From the NCBI RefSeq assembly GCF_035460085.1, contig NZ_DATHWZ010000090.1:15006-79005 (forward strand): DNA of 64,000 nucleotides, in the 5' to 3' direction. Shown here piece after piece: positions 57,815-64,000 of this stretch. The notes under the pieces are model-generated. The model saw nothing but the letters and a program-made list of their open reading frames with translations, made no database searches and was not told the origin of the DNA. The translations under genes and the position numbers were made by a program. Numbering within the stretch: the stretch's first letter is position 1; the number at the start of each line of letters is the position of its first letter. Origin of the DNA: Methylophilus sp. GTDB lineage: Bacteria > Pseudomonadota > Gammaproteobacteria > Burkholderiales > Methylophilaceae.

Positions 57815-58522
57815 TTACACCGGGGTAAGCGCTGGCTCGGAAACAGATTCAAGAGGTTGCAATGTGCCGTCTTGCAACCGGTATTGCTTGTGCATGCGCG
57901 CAGCCAATGTTAAATCATGCGTCACCACCACCAGCGCAGTGCCGCGCTCAACCTGGATGTTTAACAATAACTCAAACACCTGCTCGGCGGTTTGCCGGTC
58001 CAGGTTACCGGTAGGTTCATCTGCCAGCACGCAGCGTGGCTCTGTCACCAGCGCACGTGCAAGTGCAGCCCGTTGTCGTTCACCACCGGACAATTCGCCT
58101 GGGGTATGTTCAAGGCGATGTGCCAGACCCACCAGCGTCAAATAATATTCTGCTTGCGCCAGTGCCTGCGCGCGCGGAATGCGGCGGATAAACAAAGGCA
58201 TGGCCACATTTTCAAGCGCACTGAATTCTGGCAACAAGTGATGAAACTGGTATACAAAACCCAGGTACTGGTTACGCATGGCGCTTTTTTCTACCTCGGA
58301 TAGCGTCGTCAACGGTTTACCCAACCATTGCACTTCGCCGTGTGTGGGGGCATCCAGACCGCCTAACAAATGCAGCAGCGTGCTTTTGCCGCTCCCTGAA
58401 GCGCCGACAATCGCTATGTGCTCACCGGCTGCCAGGCTTAAATCCACACCAGTCAATACCGATGTATCCAGGCCCTGATAGGTTTTAGCCAAACCCTGGC
58501 ACTGCAAAATCAGATTACTCAT
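57815..58522 (-). CDS. lolD: Lipoprotein-releasing ABC transporter ATPase
   Basis: [58 protein letters not shown] motifs. Confidence 0.96.
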   Translation of the reverse strand: MSNLILQCQGLAKTYQGLDTSVLTGVDLSLAAGEHIAIVGASGSGKSTLLHLLGGLDAPTHGEVQWLGKPLTTLSEVEKSAMRNQYLGFVYQFHHLLPEFSALENVAMPLFIRRIPRAQALAQAEYYLTLVGLAHRLEHTPGELSGGERQRAALARALVTEPRCVLADEPTGNLDRQTAEQVFELLLNIQVERGTALVVVTHDLTLAARMHKQYRLQDGTLQPLESVSEPALTPV

Positions 58523-59822
58523 AGCGCAAGGCCTCCGCCGGATTCATTCTGGAAGCGCGGCCACTTGGATACAGCGTCGCCACTAGGCTCAGGAATATGG
58601 ACAAGCCGATAATCGTAGTCACGTCCGACCACATCAGCTTGGAAGGCAGATCACTAATGTAGTACACATCTTTAGATAAAAACTGCACATTAAAAGTACG
58701 CTCTATCCATGGCACCACCGTTTCAATATTCAACGCCAATATCACCCCCAGCAGTGCGCCTGACACGGTGCCTATCACACCTATCATGGCGCCTTGCACC
58801 ACAAACATCCGCCGGATCGCCTGTGGCGTCGCTCCCATGGTACGCAAAATGGCGATGTCTGCACGCTTGTCTGTCACCGCCATCACCAGGGTCGAGACGA
58901 TATTAAACGCTGCCACTGCCACAATCAGCGCCAGAATAATGAACATCACACGTTTTTCCAGCTGAATCGCTTTAAAGAAATTGGCATGCTGCTGCGTCCA
59001 ATCGGTAATGTAGTAGTTAGGCCCCAACGCTTGCATCAACTCATTACTGACACGGTCGGCAGCAAACAGATCGGCCAGTTTCAAACGCAAACCTGACACC
59101 TGGTCACCCATGCGATACAGCTTGGCCGCATCATCCAGATGGATCAGCGCCAGTCCGGCATCATATTCATACATACCTACCTGGAAAATACCTGTCACGG
59201 TAAATTGCTTGATGCGCGGCACCAATCCCGCTGGCGTTACCTGCCCTTGCGGCGCCATCAGCACCACTTTCTCACCTATGCGCACGCCGAGTGACTGCGC
59301 CAGATCACCACCGAGGACGATATTGAATTTTCCGGCTTGCAAATCCTGCAATTTGCCGATTTTCATTTGCGTCGATAAATCCGACACTGCGCCTTCGGCT
59401 GCAGGCAGCACACCACGAATCAACACACCTTGCACCGCCTGGTCACGCGTCAGCATGCCTTGCGCCATTACATACGGCGCCATGCCTTGCACCGGGCTGG
59501 AGAATGTTTTCGGTGGTAAGGATAGAATCTGGCTTTGCACATGCTGCCAGTCTGACAATCCAGCCTCAAAACTGCGTACTTCTATATGCGACGCCACACC
59601 CAGAATGCGTTTGCGCAACTCGTCCTGAAAACCGTTCATTACGGACAATACAACAATCAACGCCATCACACCCAAAGCGATGCCTATCATGCTGGTCAGT
59701 GAGATAAACGATATAAAATGATTGTTACGCTTGGCCCGCGTATAGCGCCAGCCTATCCACAACTCATAAGGTAACCGTTGGGCCAGCCTGTGTTTAAACG
59801 CAGAAAAAGAAGCTTTATTCAT
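58515..59822 (-). CDS. lolC: Lipoprotein-releasing ABC transporter permease (single LolC/E-type)
   Basis: [57 protein letters not shown]....PAEALRYE motifs. Confidence 0.93.
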   Translation of the reverse strand: MNKASFSAFKHRLAQRLPYELWIGWRYTRAKRNNHFISFISLTSMIGIALGVMALIVVLSVMNGFQDELRKRILGVASHIEVRSFEAGLSDWQHVQSQILSLPPKTFSSPVQGMAPYVMAQGMLTRDQAVQGVLIRGVLPAAEGAVSDLSTQMKIGKLQDLQAGKFNIVLGGDLAQSLGVRIGEKVVLMAPQGQVTPAGLVPRIKQFTVTGIFQVGMYEYDAGLALIHLDDAAKLYRMGDQVSGLRLKLADLFAADRVSNELMQALGPNYYITDWTQQHANFFKAIQLEKRVMFIILALIVAVAAFNIVSTLVMAVTDKRADIAILRTMGATPQAIRRMFVVQGAMIGVIGTVSGALLGVILALNIETVVPWIERTFNVQFLSKDVYYISDLPSKLMWSDVTTIIGLSIFLSLVATLYPSGRASRMNPAEALRYE

Positions 59823-60076
59823 GCTCGCATGTTAACAGGTTTAAAGCGCAATTTGATTGCAAAACGTAGGTTTAAACTAGCTGCCAATACATAGAGGCAG
59901 GTTTCAAACCGATAAAACGGCAGATGTCACAAATAAAGAGCGTGTGCGATTAATTGTCAGCCAAGTCTTACGTACAAATACAAAATACTCCGACTTATCT
60001 CCTGGTACATTCTCGATAATATGCTTCACAGGTCGATGACCAATACGAAATCCAAAAAACTAAGGAGACTTACATC

Positions 60077-60280
60077 ATGAATAAAGACATTTTCGAGGGT
60101 AACTGGAAACAACTTAAAGGTAAGGTTCAAGAGCAATGGGGCAAGTTGACCAATGATGACCTTGACGTAATCGAAGGTAAACGCGAACAAGTGGTTGGTA
60201 AAATCCAGGAGCGTTACGGCATCACTAAAGATGAAGCTGAAAAGCAAATCAACACATGGGAAAACGATCATCGCGAATAA
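60077..60280 (+). CDS. CsbD family stress protein
   Basis: MNKDIFEGNWKQLKGKVQEQWGKLTNDDL..IEG.REQ..GKIQERYG motif; AAGGAG RBS. Confidence 0.95.
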   Translation: MNKDIFEGNWKQLKGKVQEQWGKLTNDDLDVIEGKREQVVGKIQERYGITKDEAEKQINTWENDHRE

Positions 60281-60296
60281 TGCATGATTGATTCTT

Positions 60297-60326
60297 AAAA
60301 AAGGACAAGCCAGCTTGTCCTTTTTT
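60297..60326. terminator. Bidirectional intrinsic terminator between the csbD-like gene and ppc
   Basis: AAAAAAGGACAAGC-ca-GCTTGTCCTTTTTT. Confidence 0.88.
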
Positions 60327-60366
60327 GTTGTTTAAAATTACCTTTTTAGAACACAAAACCTTAAAA

Positions 60367-63156
60367 CTAGCCAGTATTCCTCAATCCAGCCGCAATCCCG
60401 TTAATCGTCAACGGAATCGCCAGCTTCAGCTTTTCATCCGTCTCGCCGTTGCGGTAACGTTGAATCATTTCCACTTGCAGGTGATTGAGTGGATCCAGGT
60501 AAGGCAAACGCTCACGTATCGATTTTGCCAATACCGGCTGGCTGGCAAGTCTTTGCGTGCTTCCAAGTAACAAATTCACTACCTCTGTGGTCAATTTGTG
60601 TTCCTGCTCTATACGGCTAAAAATTTCTTCACGCAAAGTGCGGTCAGGCAGCAGGTGTGCGTAGTGCCTGGCGACGATGAGGTCGGTTTTGGCTAGCACC
60701 ATATCCACGTTATTGATCAACGTTTTGAATATAGGCCAGCCAAGCAGCATCTCTCTTAGCAATGCCAAACGGGACTCTTTATCACTGCCTGGTTGGTGTA
60801 GGTATTGATGAATTGCACTCCCCAATCCATACCAGCCTGGCAACAATAAGCGGCACTGCCCCCATGAAAAGCCCCAGGGGATGGCGCGCAAGTCTTCAAT
60901 GCGCCGCGTAGATTTGCGTGAGGCCGGGCGGCTGCCTAGATTCAATCCGGCAATCTCCTCAATGGGCGTGGTACTGAAAAAGTATTCGGCAAAGCCTGGT
61001 GTTTCATAAACCAGGCTGCGGTATGTGGTCATGGCAGTGGCGGAAAGAGTTTCCATCACACTCTCGAATGCACGCCGTTTAGCCGGCTCCAACTGATCAG
61101 AAGGAAATAGGCTGGCATCAAGCGTCGCGGCAATCAGCGTTTCAAGATGCTGGCGCCCGACCACCGGGTCTGCATATTTATTGGCAATAATTTCACCTTG
61201 CTCGGTTAGCCTGATCTGGCCATCCACAGTACCTTGCGGCTGCGCCATAATCGCCTGGTAAGTAGGCCCGCCGCCACGACCCACCGTGCCACCGCGTCCA
61301 TGAAACAAGCGCAACTTCACTTTGGCCTGCTGGAACAACTCCACCAGTGAAATTTCAGCCTTGTATAACTCCCAGTTAGAAGTCAGGAAGCCGCCATCTT
61401 TATTGCTGTCAGAATAACCCAGCATGACTTCCTGCTCGCTGCCCTGATTGCGGATCACGTGGCGAATCCCCAGCAAACTCAGCCATTTACCCATGATCAT
61501 AGGTGCATCACGCAGGTCGGCAATGGTTTCAAACAGGGGAACGATATTTAAATCTAACTGGATATTCGCCGAACCCCACACACCTCGCAGTAAGCCAGCT
61601 TCGCGTTGCAGCAGGGCCACTTCCAGCAGGTCAGACAGTGTTTCAGTATGCGAAATAATATATTGGCGTACGGTATGGTGACCAAAGCGCTCACGCATTT
61701 CGCGTACAGCTTCCAGCACACCGATTTCTTTGTGCACCAGCTCGGAATATTGCTGGAAAGGCGAAAACAGCAGCCGTGGCTGTTTCAACTCTTCCAGCAA
61801 TATGCCTATTTTTTCATCTTCATTAAATTCAGCATAATCAAACTCATAACCGGCTTTCTGCAATAGCTCGGTAATCAAGGCTTCATGCACATCTGAAGAC
61901 TGGCGTACATCCACGGTCGCCAGATGAAAGCCAAAAGACTCGATCGCTTTCATCAGCTTGCCAAGGCGTGGGTAGATCAGGGCCTCCCCGTGATGTTTGC
62001 GTAACGAGTCAGCAATGGTTTGCAATGATTGCAGTAGCGCTTCATAGCCATCATAGGGCTGAACGTCAATATCGCCGTTATCTGCCCAACTACAAGTCGG
62101 CAACAGGTATTTGGCTGTCAGTAGCAAACGGTCATGAATGCCATTGAGTGCCAATCGATAAGGCTCATCCATACGGTGTGCAGACTGGTCACGCGACGCT
62201 TTGGCGAGCGCCAGCACGCCCTCTTCAACTGCAATCAGGCGCGTGGAGACGCCGAGTTCACGTTTGAGCTGGGCCAGTTCATCCAGGTAAAAGCGCAGCA
62301 CAGTCGCAGCCTGCAAGCGCACTGCTTCAGTCAGGGTGGTGCCATCTACAAATGGGTTACCATCCCGGTCACCCCCTATCCAGCTACCCATACGTAAAAA
62401 AGCTGGTAAGTGGTATTGACTACCGGCCGGCATTAGCGCTTCAAGGTCACGTTCCAGATCCTGCAACAGTTCAGGAATGGCATGCAAAAACGTGCTCTCA
62501 TAATAGGTCAGCGCGTTTTCTATCTCATTCACTACCGTCAATTTTGAAAAACGCAGCATGCGGGTTTGCCACAAGGCAGATACAGCGCCCCGTAGCAGCA
62601 AAGTATTACGCGCAAGCTGGCGTTCTGTCAGTAAGTGCGCACGCTCTGCCAGCAACTCTACAATGCGGCGCTCAATGTCGAGCACACTTTTGCGTTGCAC
62701 TTCGGTTGGATGCGCTGTTAATACAGGCGAAACCAGTGCATCATCAAAAAACTGGCGCAAGGCATCAAACGGTACTGCCTGATCGCGTAACTGTGCCAAT
62801 GAATGCGCCAGCATTCCGGCGACCGGTATATCCTGGCTTGAGTTAGCTATTTGCTGGCCATACAAATCTTCAGCCAAGTTCACCAGATGTTTGTAGTAAC
62901 TGAGCGCGCGGACGACACACACGGTTTGTGCTGGCGTCAGCGCTGCCAGCAATTGTTCCAGCTGCAATGAGGCATTCTGGTCGTGCGTGTGGTGAAATTT
63001 GGTCGCCGCCTGGCGGATAGCGTCGATCTGTGTAAAAGCGGCTGGCCCATCCACTTCCTGGATGGCCTGGTCGAGTAAACTCCCCAATAGCAGGATATTG
63101 TCCGCCAGCCGCGCTTCTGCCGAAACGGTGGCGCTGGCCATTTGTTTTTTTATCAT
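60367..63156 (-). CDS. ppc: Phosphoenolpyruvate carboxylase
   Basis: VLTAHPTEV, GSWIGGDRDGNP, MLGYSDSNKDGG, FHGRGGTVGRGGGP, LRAIPW, GIAAGLRNTG motifs. Confidence 0.98.
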   Translation of the reverse strand: MIKKQMASATVSAEARLADNILLLGSLLDQAIQEVDGPAAFTQIDAIRQAATKFHHTHDQNASLQLEQLLAALTPAQTVCVVRALSYYKHLVNLAEDLYGQQIANSSQDIPVAGMLAHSLAQLRDQAVPFDALRQFFDDALVSPVLTAHPTEVQRKSVLDIERRIVELLAERAHLLTERQLARNTLLLRGAVSALWQTRMLRFSKLTVVNEIENALTYYESTFLHAIPELLQDLERDLEALMPAGSQYHLPAFLRMGSWIGGDRDGNPFVDGTTLTEAVRLQAATVLRFYLDELAQLKRELGVSTRLIAVEEGVLALAKASRDQSAHRMDEPYRLALNGIHDRLLLTAKYLLPTCSWADNGDIDVQPYDGYEALLQSLQTIADSLRKHHGEALIYPRLGKLMKAIESFGFHLATVDVRQSSDVHEALITELLQKAGYEFDYAEFNEDEKIGILLEELKQPRLLFSPFQQYSELVHKEIGVLEAVREMRERFGHHTVRQYIISHTETLSDLLEVALLQREAGLLRGVWGSANIQLDLNIVPLFETIADLRDAPMIMGKWLSLLGIRHVIRNQGSEQEVMLGYSDSNKDGGFLTSNWELYKAEISLVELFQQAKVKLRLFHGRGGTVGRGGGPTYQAIMAQPQGTVDGQIRLTEQGEIIANKYADPVVGRQHLETLIAATLDASLFPSDQLEPAKRRAFESVMETLSATAMTTYRSLVYETPGFAEYFFSTTPIEEIAGLNLGSRPASRKSTRRIEDLRAIPWGFSWGQCRLLLPGWYGLGSAIHQYLHQPGSDKESRLALLREMLLGWPIFKTLINNVDMVLAKTDLIVARHYAHLLPDRTLREEIFSRIEQEHKLTTEVVNLLLGSTQRLASQPVLAKSIRERLPYLDPLNHLQVEMIQRYRNGETDEKLKLAIPLTINGIAAGLRNTG

Positions 63157-63214
63157 GGTGTCTTCTCCCCTTGCTCAGTGATACACTAGCAACAAGCAGG
63201 CCACCTCTATAAAG

Positions 63215-63235
63215 TGATTTTTTATTTAAAAATCA
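63215..63235. promoter_or_regulatory. AT-rich inverted repeat upstream of ppc, possible operator
   Basis: TGATTTTT-tattt-AAAAATCA, about 60 nt upstream of the ppc start. Confidence 0.3.
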
Positions 63236-63409
63236 TAAGCTTGCAAAAACTACATTTGGAAAATCATCTTCATGCATTTAAAAATGCACCGATTTGGCCC
63301 AGATTCAAATATTGCCAGGGGTATCGTTAGATGATGTCCCTCTGCTGCAACAAAGAAACGGCACAATGAAATATATGACGCACCATGGTCATAGGGATGG
63401 GTAAAACAG

Positions 63410-63619
63410 ATGGATGAAAATCGATTGATGCAACAACTGCTGAATATCTGGCAAGCCATGGCCCCGCAAGGCTTATGGGTTCAGGATGGCTTTTTGTTGT
63501 TCATGTGTGTGATTGCGGTCTTGATGCTGTTTTTTTCAGGCACAGTGATAGGTCTTTTTTTACAATCGCTATGGGGGATTTTTATTACCCATCGTCACTC
63601 TGTAGAGTCTGAAAGTTAG
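63410..63619 (+). CDS. Small hypothetical membrane protein
   Basis: 69 aa with one long hydrophobic stretch; fills the gap between ppc and the next gene; weak RBS. Confidence 0.4.
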   Translation: MDENRLMQQLLNIWQAMAPQGLWVQDGFLLFMCVIAVLMLFFSGTVIGLFLQSLWGIFITHRHSVESES

Positions 63620-63634
63620 TTAGAAATCATCGGA

Positions 63635-63895
63635 TTACTTCAGGCCAAAAGCCAATAACTGCCTGAGGGCTTCCAGTTCCCTTTCTATATCATCTGCATA
63701 ATCCTCATACTGACGGCCGCCGGTTTTCGCATACCAGTATTTACTGTTCCAGGTATCCCCTTCGACTTTATGCAACACTGCATGTATCCAGTTTGCCGTG
63801 GAGTCACTGTAATCCTGCGCAATGTTATGCGCAGCATCCCAGTCACCCGCTTGTGCGAGCGTCACGGCTTCCAGTAAATGCGCATGGTTAGACAT
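63635..63895 (-). CDS. Hypothetical protein (86 aa) coupled to gloA
   Basis: True start MSNHAH at 63895 overlaps the gloA stop (ATGTCTAA); W..AH.IAQ...[16 protein letters not shown] pattern seen in a family of unknown function. Confidence 0.8.
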   Translation of the reverse strand: MSNHAHLLEAVTLAQAGDWDAAHNIAQDYSDSTANWIHAVLHKVEGDTWNSKYWYAKTGGRQYEDYADDIERELEALRQLLAFGLK

Positions 63896-64000
63896 GCTCC
63901 GGATACTCGATAGTCCCTTTCTGGATGAATTCAATCTTATAGCCGTCCGGGTCTTCAATAAACGCGATGATGATAGTGCCATGTTTCATTGGTCCGGCTT
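63888..64000 (-). CDS. gloA: Lactoylglutathione lyase (glyoxalase I), 3' end only
   Basis: Not in the ORF track. Manual translation gives [36 protein letters not shown], the typical GloA C-terminus. Confidence 0.9.
   Translation of the reverse strand, partial: AGPMKHGTIIIAFIEDPDGYKIEFIQKGTIEYPEHV

Overview
This 64 kb window is gene-dense core chromosome of a betaproteobacterium, about 50% GC by spot counts. Protein style and gene order suggest Methylophilaceae (Methylophilus-like); this is an inference, as no methylotrophy marker gene lies in the window. Contents in order: recA (5' half); pncC-pgpA-thiL-vanZ-mog; a PDZ protein; a Gcr-family 'site-specific recombinase'; a TusA-like protein; yjgA/pmbA; mlaA; phrB-rlmH-rsfS-panD-panC; mscL; corC; a 1234-aa DUF748 protein; the yci cluster; feoAB; purL; a periplasmic redox cluster (ankyrin, cytochrome c, FccB flavoprotein, PQQ/sorbosone-type dehydrogenase, hypothetical, SMP-30 lactonase); a two-component system with DUF455; an EAL protein; chrA; serB; a CXXCH membrane protein; sucCD-ankyrin-nadE-glnB; a PEP-CTERM protein; the lolCE/D-comEC-exbBD-msbA-lpxK-ycaR-kdsB cluster; csbD; ppc; and the 3' end of gloA. 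I saw no tRNA, rRNA, CRISPR array, IS element, integrase or prophage. The best leads are: (1) the Gcr 'recombinase' aligns by eye helix-for-helix with formate/nitrite (FNT) channels, including the channel His and Thr; (2) the neighbouring TusA homolog has Ser instead of the catalytic Cys and contains no Cys at all; (3) a translationally coupled FccAB plus dehydrogenase locus preceded by an exported ankyrin gene; (4) an uncharacterised membrane protein with CXXCH and HxH motifs; (5) an MlaA with a ~134-aa acidic tail and a possible bridge-like DUF748 envelope protein. All family assignments are by motif recognition only; no searches were run.
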